Shown here: positions 52,047 through 64,000 of the stretch, piece after piece | Position numbering within the stretch: position 1 is the stretch's first letter | Layout: every line of letters begins with the position of its first letter | Source: Vicugna vicugna | Taxonomy: Eukaryota | Assembly: GCA_013265495.1 (NCBI GenBank) | Contig: MU057701.1 | Span: 744,001-808,000 of the forward strand | DNA: 64,000 nt | Reading direction: 5' to 3' | Notes under the pieces: generated by a model | What the model saw: the letters and a program-made list of their open reading frames with translations, nothing else | The model's database searches: none | Told to the model about the DNA's origin: nothing | Position numbers and translations under genes: made by a program

Positions 52047-52772
52047 AAACTCAAACCTGGCTATGCCAGCCTCTCTTGTCCACCAGTCATTGGATAAATG
52101 TTTGCTGCTGTTGGTGACCCTCACAGGGCTCCAAGCCTTTTTTCCAGTGCCAGACCTATGCCCACTGGCTTCCTCTAATCTTGGGTTGCCTTTGGGAGCT
52201 GCCGAGGGTTTGGGAAGCTGAACTGTCAGTATGGCCCTTCCTCCAGTTTTGGTTAAACACTGTCTGCATATGTGGAGGCAGGAGCTCCTCAGCAAGCTGT
52301 CTCGGGGAGGAAGGGTGACATTTCCAAAGCTTGGGTTTCTGTCGGCTTCACTGGATGTCTATTTGTCCCTCTAGAACCCAGAGTTTATTAAGCCCAGTGG
52401 CCCACCTGGACCCTGGGCCTGGTCTCCCAGCCAGTCTTTGTGAAGACCAGGTCCAAACTCTCACTGCCTTGTCAGTAACATGAAGATTGCAGATACAGGA
52501 GATTTTCTAGTCCACAGGACAAATGATTCCCAGATATACATATTACTGGAAAAACTGGATAATGGAAGAGGACTTTATTCTTTCTTGAGTTGATGGTTGT
52601 ATTAGTTTCCTAGAGCTGCTTTAACAAAGTACTACAAACTAGGAGACTTAAAACATGGCTCGGGTCTGGCACTGGAGAACAGACCTGGAGCCCTGTGAGG
52701 GTCACCATCAGCAGCAAACATTTATCCAATGAGTGGTGGACAGAAGAGGCAGGCAGAGCTGGGTTTGAGTTT
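52047..52772. repeat. 116-bp inverted repeat pair (52047-52162 / 52657-52772)
   Basis: Manual alignment, about 15 mismatches, no gaps. Confidence 0.92.
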
Positions 52773-53469
52773 CATCTCTGCCACGTGGCTAGCTGCATGA
52801 TTTGGAGAAACTGTTTACCCCTTCGCTAGCTCCCCACATGCAATTCGCCAGCAGAGCCCGGTGGCTCTCCTCCACAACCGATCTGCTCAGAACCGTCTAC
52901 TCTTCTCCATCTCTATCATCACCACCTTAGTCCAAGCCACTGTGATCTCTCTCCTGGACAGCTGCCAAGGCATCCGTATCAGAACTGGCTATACATATCA
53001 AAAAACCCTATTACAGAGAATTAAATAGGCATAGGGTTTATTTTACTCAGGCAACAATAAGTATGGAAAAAGGCCACCCTGGATGGTTCTTTGTTCTTGC
53101 CCCATGAACTGTTATGTGTCATAAGACAGCTACTCCAGGGGTCACATCTATGTTCCAAGCAGGAAGAAAAAAAGGAGGCAGAGGGTCAAGGACAAAAGCC
53201 TTCTCACTTGGGCTTGGCTTCTTAATTCTGGAAGGGAAGCCCTCCCCTAGGGATTTCTGCCTACATCTCATTGGCCAGAGCTTTGTCACATGACATGACC
53301 ACACCCAGCTGCAGAGGAGCCTGGGAAAGTGCGGTTTTGCCCTACAGCCTGTACAAAGAGAAGCAAGAGAAGACAAAGAAGAGGCTGGGTGAGCCAGCCT
53401 CCAGGATCTCTTGCAGCATCCTTGCTGCCTCTCTGGGGCCACCACTTCCACCGATGCATGTACCGCCTT

Positions 53470-53606
53470 CTTTTGTGTTTGTTTGTTTTATGAGGAGGAG
53501 GTAATTAGGTTTATTTATTTACATTTGGAGGAGGTACTGGGGATTGAACCCAGGACCTCGTGCATACTAAGCATGTGCTCTACCACTTGAGCTGTACCCT
53601 CCCCCC
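53470..53606 (-). mobile_element. Vic-1-like SINE
   Basis: Reverse-complement copy; TSD-like atgtaccgcctt/atataccacctt. Confidence 0.85.
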
Positions 53607-56600
53607 ATATACCACCTTTTTAAAATCAGATCCCGTTGAGAATAGACTTGGTGGCCTGCAAGGCTGAATTATCTACCCTCCACTCCCAGAACATAGGATC
53701 AAGGTTTTTCCCACCATAAGGACTTTGCGCATGCAATCTCCTCTGCCTGAGCATGGCTGACTCCTTATCTCTCAGATCTCAGCTTCAGTTCACCTTCATA
53801 GAGAAGCTCTTCCTGACCATCTGATCTTGTAGGGTTGATTTGCCCTCTCCCTACCTTATCTCCTAGCATTTCAATCTTTTCAAATCCTTTTTGCCAGGTA
53901 TTGCACTTTACCATTACTTATTTGCTTCATCAGGCAGGGACAATATCAATACAAAAGGTATCCAAGTGCCTACCACAATGCCTGGTACCTAGTAAGTACT
54001 CAATAAATATTAGCTAAATTCTGAATGAATGAATGATAGTGGCTGTCATCCACAGCCCCAGGGGTTCTAGAAGCATCCTAATTATTTTCTTCAAATCAAA
54101 TCAACTTAAATCCTACTTTGAGTCTTTATTTCAATAGACTGATGGAAATTCTATCTCAATCATGATGGTGTTTCCCTCACCTTCCATAGCTACTAGGTTT
54201 ATATGATGCCAAAGACATAGCAGAAGGTCAGTCCATCATGCTTTTGGTTCAAACCTTTGAGATCCCTTGAAGTCTAGCAGATCTCTGTTTCTGTGCCATG
54301 TCTGGAATTCAGGAACTGTTGCCACAGTGAGGGTGGGTACCCCAGAGCCAAGAATCCCGCCTCCTCAGTGTACCACTTGGGTCTTCCCCTCTGAGCACCT
54401 GCCATTTCCCTGGAGCACTGCCAGTGTGTAAGCTTGAGGGCCCTTACTCTTGGAACCAAATATTCGTTCCCCTTCTCTGTGTCCCTCCTGGCTGCCCTCA
54501 GAGTCACTCTCCTCTCTTTCCTCCTCCTTTTTAAAATTGAAGTGGTCAGAGATGCTAGCTAGCTTCTGCAGTCTTCAGCATGGCTGTTGGAATGCGTCAT
54601 CCATATTGCATTTTTTTAATCTATTTCAAGTTCTTTCTTTTCTCCCATGACCTGCCAGAAAAGAAAAACTCATCTGGATTCATTAATAAACGTCGTCTTC
54701 TAAACTGCATATACCACAGGAGAGTGAAGGGGCTATTAGTCATTCGAGTAGAATAGTGGGAAAAATACTAAACTAGAAGTCATAGGATACTCATTTAGTG
54801 CCACCACCAAGTCCACAACTCACTTCTCTGTGCCTTAATTTTCCACCTTCCAAGTAAGCTAACCAAACCATTCTTATTTAGCTGTTGTGATAATCAAAGG
54901 TGATAACTTGCCAGCAGGGGCCTCATATGTAGTGTAAATTGCCATTCACAGGCAAGGTTTTATTTCTCTTTATCTTAGTATCTCAGTTCATCAGATTGCT
55001 CTCTTAACACTGCAAAGCACACATGTAGAAGGCGCTTTGCTGTGTGCAGTCACATGACAAGTGTGCAAGGTTCAGAAGGAGGATGGGGCGGATGAAAGGG
55101 CATCAGCTGGCCACCATGCTTCAGGGTATGAAGTGGAGCAGGAGGTCCACTGCAAGGAGCGGAAGGAACTGGGTAGCAGAGATGTGATGGGGCCTGGGAA
55201 GATTGCCCCTGGTCAGAAAGAGGAGTGTCACTTCTGGTAAGGAGGCTGAAACAAGAGACAAGGCTTGCGGAGACAGAGGTCAAGGCATGGAAGTCTGGGT
55301 AAGAGGGTTGTGGAGCCTCAGGCCCAGGGGAACTGGTTTCTGAGAGCCAGACTCCATCACAGTTTGCTCGAGGGGTTGTGAGTCCACAGGTCAGGGCAGA
55401 GGAACTCAAACCCCAGATGCAGCGCTAAGAATAGCAACTGCTCTGCTCTGTACTTCCTGTGCGCCACCTCACGTGCGGACCAAGCCCTGTGAAGACGGTC
55501 CTGCTCCCCACCACTGAGGAAACAGAGGTTCAGAGATGCAGGGTGACTCGCCTGGGGTCACTCTGCTGAGTGGCTGAGCCAGGACTGTCTGACTCCAATG
55601 CGAGAGGAGTTGGGCACTGGAGACGGGTAGAGGGAGCAACCGATGGGCGCGAAGGGAGGAAGCTGCACAGCCTCGCTGATCTCCTTACCATCCGTTTCTG
55701 AAGGCGGCTCAGGGAGGAGAACCCTTGCTCACACGCGGGCAGGACTGAGTCCTATAGGTGGGGACCCCACAGAGCCAGACAGTTCCTGACACAAGAAACC
55801 ACTGAGAGCAAATCCCAACTCAGACAATCATTTGGCACGTTTCCAGCAATGCTTGGGAAGTCAGCTGCAGGGAAAACCTGGAAAGTGCCAGGAAAGGCTG
55901 CAAATTTCTATCAGCAGAGGCTGTTTTGCAAGAAGATGAAGTAACAAGATGGGGAAAGGTTTAATGACAGAATGTTGGGAAAAACAGGCTATAGGATTTT
56001 TTTTATATAAAAGTGCATAGAGAAATATATAGGAGAGTTAACAGGGGTGGTTAGGTGCTAGAAAGAATTTTTTTTCTATTTGTTTTCCAAATTTTTAACA
56101 ATGTATTATATTTTTTAAAAACTGTAATCATGAAGATTATGTGAAAACATGAATAATGTTTATGAGTCAGTTATGAGCCTGCTCTTTTAAGCAGAATATA
56201 TAATAGAACGAGGATCACTATAAGAACGCTGTGCAGTGATGAATGTGCAGCGCCTGGCACATAGCAAATGCTCGATAAATAAGTGATGGAGTGACTGTGT
56301 GAAACAGTGGAGATAGTGCTAAGGTGGCAGGGTTTGGGATGAAGTTTTTTTCTTTGTTTGAAATTTTCTTTTATGTTATATTGGCTTCCGAAACCATAAA
56401 GAAACCTAAACTGGAAACCAGAAAGGCCAATCTGTTAGGTCTTTATATGTTAGACTCTGAAACAAGATTCTTAGCTGAAAATAAGCCATGGAGGCCAAAG
56501 ACACTGAATTTGTACACAAGGAAGGTGCTCCAGCTCACCCTTTCAGAAACCCAGGCCTCCGTGTCGAGGGGCCCGCTTGGGCCACGGTTTTCTCTCACAT

Positions 56601-57576
56601 GTGTTCCATATCCCAGCAGATGCTTCTGTGACACTCAGGGTCAGAACAAAGGCCTGGAGCTGTAATTTCTTCAGAGCAGAGCTAATGGAGCAGCTGGGGA
56701 CGGAGCCCAGGGTCCTGGCGTCACTACTCAGACACTTTAAACTCAGTTATAGAGGAGACCAAGTGGCCTGGTGAAGGCGTGGGGCCCGCCCGGGCTCTCC
56801 GAGCAGCCCCGGGCAGACAGCAGGCACTGGCTGGGCTGCCGGGCCCACGTGGAGTCCTTGCAGACCCTCGGCATTTCGGAGGCAGCCTGAGGGACCTGGG
56901 ACCTGGTTCCAGGAAAGCTCAGGAGGACACAGTGTCAGAGGAGCTCAGGTCAGCAGAGGGGTGGGGGCTGGCCGGCGTCAGTGTCATCAGAGGGTCAGGC
57001 AAGCGTCGAGTCCCCATGCAGGACTGGTGGTGTCTGGCAGACAAGCCTCGGGAGCTCGGTGCACAGCTCCAAGCACTGGCAGCACCAGGGGGGTGGCTTG
57101 GAGGACTGGAATCCCCGCTGTAATCTGCATTAGTCCCCCCAGAGCCACCCCCAGGAAGCATGTGATTTCTCCCAGGTAGCTTTCAGGACAAGCTGGTTCC
57201 CAGTTCCTTCCAGCCCACTTGCTGCTCCCAAATCCCTGCTAAACGGAACTTTCAGAGCGTCACTGGCTCCAGGAAAAGCTCTGGGAGAAATAAGTTCCTG
57301 TCAGACTAAAGCTTTGCATTTGGGAAGTTACCCAGTCCCTCTGGGCCTCAACTTTCCCATCGGTAAAATGGAGGTAATGTTACCTACCTTTCGTAGGCTT
57401 ACGAAAGAACCCAAGAAAAGAGCTGTGTATTTTGTCTATTCTAAGACACTCATCCTTTTCATATATTATCTCTGAAATTGGGATGCACCTTACAACTCTT
57501 GGTATCTTATGTTCATTATGTATAAAACCAACCCTTTTCTTTGACTTCACCAACTTCCCGTCTCTAAAAGGGCCAG

Positions 57577-57595
57577 TAGCGCCCCCTGCTGCCTC
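57577..57595 (-). promoter_or_regulatory. Candidate CTCF site
   Basis: Minus strand reads GCAGCAGGGGGCGCTA, near-consensus CTCF core. Confidence 0.55.
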
Positions 57596-59369
57596 CACCG
57601 GCACACTCCACCCTGCCCCAGTTTCCAGAGCCCCTGCTGTGTCCCCGAGTCATGGATGCAGAGATATTGGCCTTGGACTCTTTTAGCTACTGTGGTTTCT
57701 CCAAGCCCTGACCCTCCTTGTCACATCCTGTCTTGTCAGGTCCTAACACTCATCCCACCTTAGCCCACCTGGCGAGAAAGAGACAACCCCGCAGCAACTT
57801 CAGGGAAGGTGGGCAGCGGGTGTTCCCGTCTGAGCCCATGGGTGGTCCACACCCATCCATGCTGGCTTCATAAGAACCTTGAGTCCCTCCTTACTCTGGA
57901 TTTGATCTTGGAGTGACAGCGTCTGCCTCGCCCGCGAACCCATAGGCCCACCCTGCCCACAGGTGTTCTTGGTGCATCCGCTAGCCTGATTTTGGACTTT
58001 CCAAGTTTTGCTTATGGAACCCATGGATCTTTCCCCTGATGGTTCAGTGTGTGTCTGTCCCAGCTCCTGACCTCCCACCAGGCTCCTTCCTAAATCATGG
58101 CCCCTCCAGCTGCCCGTGCAGCTCTGAGCAACCCAACGATCTTACTGTTACGCATAACCAGCTTTCATCCAGATGCCCCAGTGCTAGCCACAGTGCTTTC
58201 CGCTGCCCTCACCTGGTTGAACCCATCCTGCCCTCCAAGACTTTAAACCCGTTCTTCCTTCTTCAGGACTCTTCCTTAGTGCCGCAAAACATTTAGCACT
58301 CCTGGCCTCCAGCCATAGAGTGCCAACTGTGCCCCCAAGTCACTGAGACGAGCAGAGGAAAAAGAAACTGTCCCCACGTATTGTATTTCTATTGCCTTCT
58401 AGGGGAACATTGCTGTCCCTTTGTTCTGTCACCAGAACAAAGAGAAACTATAAATGTAATCTAACACTAAAAACTACCTTTCCCAAGGGAGGAAGGATCC
58501 GCTTAGGTTCAGTCTTCCGATGTAATCTGTGTGGACCAGACAGCATTTCTCTGCCCTTCCAGGTGATTCCCCATCCTTCTCCATCCTACTCTCTGCCTAG
58601 AGGCTTACCTATGTGGACCAGAGAAATGGACTCCTGTGACCCTGGCTGCTGGTTGGGAAGAGCCCAAACAAGAGATCAGGAAAGAAAAAGAGTAAAATCA
58701 GAGTCATTTATTCCCTCGGCTCCCTCCCTAAGAGGCCACCTTGCTCTGACCGTCCCTCCACTGCAGGGTCCTCCAAGACAACTTTCTGTACAGAGTTCTG
58801 CTTCCAGGTTCTGGGAATCGTTCCCTCCTCTTGTCCCTTCAACCCAGAGGCTGTAACGGTTGGAGGACTGGGCTGTCCCTTGTGGTATCCCTAGGCCATG
58901 CCCACCCTTGAGTACATAGTCCATTTGTCGAACCCTCCTGGCCTGATCCTAATTTGATGTGCCATCTGTTTCCTCCCAGAGCTCAGGCACTGTGTGTTTT
59001 TTGGCACCACACCATTCTGAAGCTGCAAACGGGGTCACATGAAGATTAGCTGTACTGTTCGGGTTCCCACCTACACCTGCTGCTGAGGAAGGACCTCGAG
59101 CCGCCTCAAAGTCTCACTGGGATATTTCCCAGTGTCCCCAGATGGTGTGCACACGCGTTCGCCAGCAAGTTCAGACTTCTTCCTCAGGGCATCTGCTGTT
59201 TCCTCCGTCCTGGCTGCTTTCAGAGGTATCCTCTGCCAGCGAGGAAGGTGTGGAGTCCCCTCTTGCCATTTTGTCTGATACCCACCATCAAGATAGCATC
59301 ACTCAGGCCCTGCCATTTCCACAGAAAGCTCCACTGCGGTCTCCCTTGGGCACTGCCACTCCCATGGGA

Positions 59370-59772
59370 TATCCATCCGGGTTCAGCCAGAGAAGCAGAA
59401 CCAGTAGGAATGAAAGGTGTATCTATAAAGAAATCTATTGCAAGGAATTGGCTTACGTGATTGTGGGGGCTGGCAAGTCTGGGATCTGTAGGGCAGGCCA
59501 GGCTGGAAACTCTTGGGCAAGAACTGATGCTCCAATCCACAGACACGTCTTCTTCCACAGGGAAACCTCAGTTCTATCCTTAAGGCCTTCCAAATGATTA
59601 AATGAGGCCCACCCGGATGATCAAGGATAATTTCCTTTACTTAAACTCCATTGATGGTAGATGCTAATAATCGCATCTACAGAATACCTTTGCAGCAACA
59701 CCTAGATTAGCGTTTGACTGAATAACCGGGTACTAGAGCTTAGCTAAGTTGGTACATGGAACTAACCTTCGT
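59370..59772. mobile_element. ERVL LTR (MLT2-like)
   Basis: gggttcagccagagaagcagaaccagtagga...aaggaattggcttacgtgattgtgggggctggcaagtc. Confidence 0.75.
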
Positions 59773-61207
59773 GCATGACTATTGCCCATGTCGATGAGCA
59801 GGGGGCCAAAGCTGCAGTGTGTTCTCTGGCCAGCTCGGTGGGGTGACGCATGCTGTCTTCCGTAGAAGTGGGGAGCAAGGCCGCTCCCCCTACTTTACCA
59901 ACATACTTCGCCACGTGGACAAAGTGAAAGGAAACATCATTGCTTCCAGTTCTACGTCGTACAGACTCTGCTAGAAACAGCTCTTCCAGATTTTGTTCAT
60001 ATATAGCCTGGAGACTGAGACAGTTCGGACCCGGGACCCTGGCTTCCAGGTGTCTGGGTTCCAGGTGTCTGGGTCAGGGACTCCGCAGGTGAGAGTGACA
60101 AGAGCGACCTCTACACTCTATCACCTGAAGCTCACTCAGGTGCCAGGTTTGTCTGCCTGAAGCCGTCCCCCCTTAGGGTGCATTCTTTCCCAGGAAATAA
60201 CTAGTTCTGCCTGTGACCAGACTCCACGGGGCCTGTTTGCCCCGACATGCCTGCATTCCGAGACCCCAGGGGTGCGGGCGCCCCTGGGAAGCCCGGTCCA
60301 CCCACCACAAAGGGGAAGGGAAGCTGAAAAGGAACTCGACGAAAATATCACAAAAAAATGGGAAGACTTGTGAAAAAGCATTAGTCGATGAGTACTCTTC
60401 ATCAGAAAAGAAATAATGACGACAAGAGGGGCTATGCAACAATCCAGAAAGAGTTTCCTGACAACATGGCAAATGCTTTAGCCACTAGTGCAGGCTGCAA
60501 AGAAAGAGCAGAATTCTTGCAAAATAACAATGAATCAGTCCTCCGGGCCAACTCAAGCAGGGGGAGGACCCCTGGGAGGCGCCCCCACTCCCACCCCCAT
60601 GCCCCCTGCCTCTCTCCTGGGGAGGTGATTGCATTCCTTCCCATCTACTTCATGGCTTAAGGGGTTAAGGAGTGCCTCTCACATCTGGAATCTTCACTTA
60701 CTGCAGGAGCATCAGAATCATTACACCAAAAACAGGTATAAAAAGATGTATAATTAAGAGCTTAAACACACACATACATTAATCACATTCTTGCAGGTAA
60801 GAGTACTAGTTTTTTCCTGGAAAATGCCCAAGAAGCTGTTTGCCTCTAAGGAGAGGGTTAGGTGGTCGGGAGGAAAGATTTTACTTTTCACTTAGGTTTT
60901 ATCTGTCGTCTTTGAATTTTCAAACCCATATATATATATATGTACTGAATTTTTTAAAGTGTAAAACCAAGATGCCCTAACACAGTATAGTTTAATTAAT
61001 TAACAGAATTTAATTCAGTGCTTACTATAGTAGAAATGCTTGCCATAATTTTCTAAGACGGAAAAGCAAGATACAGAAGAATTAAGATATTCATATAAGT
61101 TATGAAAACAAAAATTGGGAAAACAAAAATGCCTTACACAATAGCTAAGTTATTTTAGAGAGCAATCTAGAAAAATGTTTCCAACACTATTAAGTCTTAT
61201 CCCTTGG

Positions 61208-62005
61208 TCTACGTATTCTTAGTCAGGACTCCTTTTGGTTGCAAGTGATGGAAATCCAACACAGGTTGGCTCAAGCCGAAGGAATTTATCCAGAGGAGCT
61301 GATGCTGGATCCAGGAGCTCAGAGCCCAGAGAATGACCCCAGAGATCTGAGCTCCTTGGCCCTGCCTGACTCTGGCTTTGTTCTCTGGTGGCCTTCCTCC
61401 CTTGTTCTGCTGGGGAAGTAGCCCTGCCCGTGCCATGCTAACAAGAACTGCACAACTCTAATCCTTTGAAGGATTCCCAGGACCCGTAGCGTTTCCCTGG
61501 GAGGATCTGATAGATCTGCCTAGGTCACGTGCCCATTCCTGGATCCACCTCATGTTCAGGTATGAGGTACTTTAATTGCCAAAAACAATGCTGTGTGGTG
61601 CCCAGACCGGTTCATACCTTCCCGGACACAGGAGACGGCTGCATTTCCTAGGTGCCTTCCCATCTAGAGGAAGCATGTGACTAATTCTAACCAATGAAAC
61701 ACGGATGAAGAGCAGTGTACAATTTATGAGCTGCCTCCTAAAATGTACTCCCTTCCATAATCTTCCAAGCTCTTTGCTCATCAGTGGTGGATGCATGCAG
61801 GGGTCTAACCAAGGGCCCCAGAGAAGCCCTGCAGAACATCGAAGACACTGAAAAGGAGCTCACATCTTTGAATTTCTGCTTATAGGAGAGTCTCCCCGTG
61901 TCCTGCCCACTCTGTCTCCTAAACCGTCATCAAGCTATGGTATGATCAAGAAATAAACTCTTACTGTGTTAAACCACTGAGATTTGTGGTCTGTTGTTAC
62001 CAATC
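61208..62005. mobile_element. Old MaLR LTR fragments (MLT1-like), two in opposite orientations
   Basis: tcttagtcaggactccttttggttgcaagtgatggaaatccaac...; ...aagaaataaactcttactgtgttaaaccactgagatttgtgg. Confidence 0.55.
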
Positions 62006-63184
62006 TACATGCACAAATTGGCTCAAATGCCCATCCCCTGGGACAGGACAGGACAGGTGGGGACTTTGGCTTAAAATTAAAAGCCCATGAGAACCATAAG
62101 GTGGAGGAGGGGCTGTTCTCAATGGAAAGGAATGTGTGTCAGACAGAAAAGGAATAGATCAACCCTCCAACCCAGTTATCTCACATTTGGGAATTCGTCC
62201 CAAGGAAACAATCCAAGAGGAAATGAAAGTAATTTGAATAAAGATGTTTATTACAGGGCTATTTATAAAAGCAACAGATTGGCAGCGTCCCCAAAGCTAA
62301 AAACCTGGAAGCCACAAAGCAAAATGTGGTCTATCAGTACAATGGATCCCGCCGATACATGGAACTATTATAGGAAATAATGTTAAATGACAAATGCCGA
62401 GCACAAAATGATTTAATTCTCTCCTTACTCCTTACAGGAGTGCTGGGGCTCAGACTCCCCTGGCAGCTGAATGGAACTGAGTCCTCAGGACCAGGGGCCT
62501 AAATCAGGGAGTCGTCACTGAATGTGAAGGAGACGGCTGAGCCAAACTGCACAGGAGCTCTGCGGCTCACATTTGTGGAAGAGACTCAGGAAGGGACGTG
62601 GGATCAAGGTTCCCAACAAGAGAGAGGAGAGAAAAGTCTGAGCAGATGAGGATCAGATTGGGGAAGGTTGTCAGAGGGAGCTGTGCTGTCCACTGATGTT
62701 TAGGGCTGGCTTTTAGGGGTGGCTGGGCTGTCCGAGTGAAGGGCTGGAATGGGGGCAGGCACCAGAGTCTTCTAAATCCCCTAGGCAGGACCGGGCATCA
62801 CTCCCCTCACCCAGCAGAGTATCTTAACTGATTCAGGGGAGTGCTTGATGGCGAGATGAGACCAGTAGTCATTCTGCCAGCTCATACCCTTTTGTTAGCA
62901 CCAAACATTGGAGCTGGTCCTGAGGCAGGTGGGGGTTCAGTATATCCTGCACCACACATCATATCTGCCCACTTTGACTTGTCTGGGCTGGTAGTGGGGG
63001 TCTGGAAGTTGGTCTGGTGGTTGTAAAGAGTTGTTGAGGATAGAGTGGATCCCCATGAATGGAGAGCAATACCACGACTCTGCCAGATTTGGCATTTCCA
63101 TTTTCATCGAGGCCGGGGGTCATGTATACGTCAGAAGTCACAGTAACTCTTACTTGGGAACAACTTACAGGTGGGCAGAGCCCT

Positions 63185-63545
63185 TGTGGTAGGCAAAATA
63201 ATGACTCCCCAAAGATGTCCTTGTGCTGTAAATAGTTTATGTTACGTGGCAAGGGGGAATTAAGGTAGCTAATCAGATGACCTTAAAACAAGAGAAATTA
63301 TAGTGGATTATCTGGGTGGGCTCCGTGGAATCACAAGGGTCCTTTAGATGTGGAAGAGAGGGGCAGAAAAGTCAGGGCCAGGGAGAGATTTAAAGATGCT
63401 ATGCTGCTGGCTTTGAAGACAGAGGAAGGAGCCATGAACCCAGGAATGCAGAAGCTGGACTCTCAATGCTGCAAAAGGCAAGGAAATAGATTCTCCTCTA
63501 GAGCCTCCAGAGGGAACACAGTTCTGACAACAGCTTGAGATCTGG
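63185..63545 (+). mobile_element. MaLR LTR (MLT1D-like)
   Basis: tgtggtaggcaaaataatgactccccaaagatgtcc...gattctcctctagagcctccagagggaacaca. Confidence 0.8.
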
Positions 63546-63814
63546 TAACTTGTTTGTTTATTTATTTATCATGGAATATTTCAAGAATAAAAATACAAAT
63601 ACAGCAAAAGTATAACAAACATCCATAAATGTTTACCACTTAAGAAACACAAATCACCAATTCCACTTAGCATTCCTGGGACCTCCTCAAATTGAAAAAA
63701 TTGTGCAGTAATTACCAATATACCCACCATAAGATTCTATAATTTACCTTTGACTATTTGTTTTATCACACATCTGTTCATTTCTCCCCCTGTCTATTCA
63801 TCCATCAACCCATC

Positions 63815-63950
63815 TTTTTTTTTTTCACCCCCCAGGGAAGGAAAGGTTAGATTTGTTTGTTTGTTTGTTTATAGAGGAGGTTCTGGGGATTGAACCCAGT
63901 ACCTTGTGCATGCTAAGCATGCGCCCTACCACTAAGCTATACCCTCTCCC
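63815..63950 (-). mobile_element. Vic-1-like SINE
   Basis: Reverse-complement copy flanked by ccatct. Confidence 0.85.
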
Positions 63951-64000
63951 CATCTGATTTTTAAATACATGTCAAAATAAGTTGTAAGTATATCAATATA

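Noticed and set aside
60044..60073. Short direct repeats (ttccaggtgtctggg x2; also gatccttttataag x2 at 32171-32198) as array or CRISPR-like structure
   Set aside because: Only two adjacent units with no spacers; ordinary slippage duplications in a eukaryotic genome.
60213..60660. Purine-rich coding-like ORFs
   Set aside because: No recognisable homology, no TSD or poly(A), and no convincing splice sites.
1261..63950. Ten tRNA-Ala(AGC)-like sequences as tRNA genes
   Set aside because: They carry SINE tails, A-rich ends and mostly TSDs, and have mutated stems; they are SINEs.
38400..64000. Many 60-157 aa ORFs downstream of NOL11 as a second gene or novel system
   Set aside because: They overlap on both strands, often lie in TE relics, many start at non-ATG codons, and none translate to a recognisable family.

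Overview
Mammalian genomic DNA, most likely a camelid (camel/llama/alpaca), inferred from ten copies of a tRNA-Ala-derived SINE resembling the camelid Vic-1 family. The only protein-coding gene I can support is NOL11 (+ strand, 18 coding exons, 11922-30829, 2157 nt = 718 aa + stop, all introns GT-AG and in phase), driven from a CpG-island promoter; its intron 14 is U12 (minor-spliceosome) type. The rest is intronic/intergenic DNA full of L1, L2, MIR, MaLR/ERV LTR and hAT relics; most supplied ORFs are spurious. I found no evidence for a new multi-gene biological system. The most notable structures are an apparently perfect 1401-bp tandem duplication breaking mid-palindrome in a MER53-like element, a ~0.6-kb inversion with a 116-bp inverted duplication that splits an MLT1 LTR, a 265-bp orphan retroposed insert with poly(A) and a 17-bp TSD, and an L1 subfamily with a swapped 3' tail seen three times. 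Repeat family names are from recalled consensus sequences and repeat boundaries are approximate.
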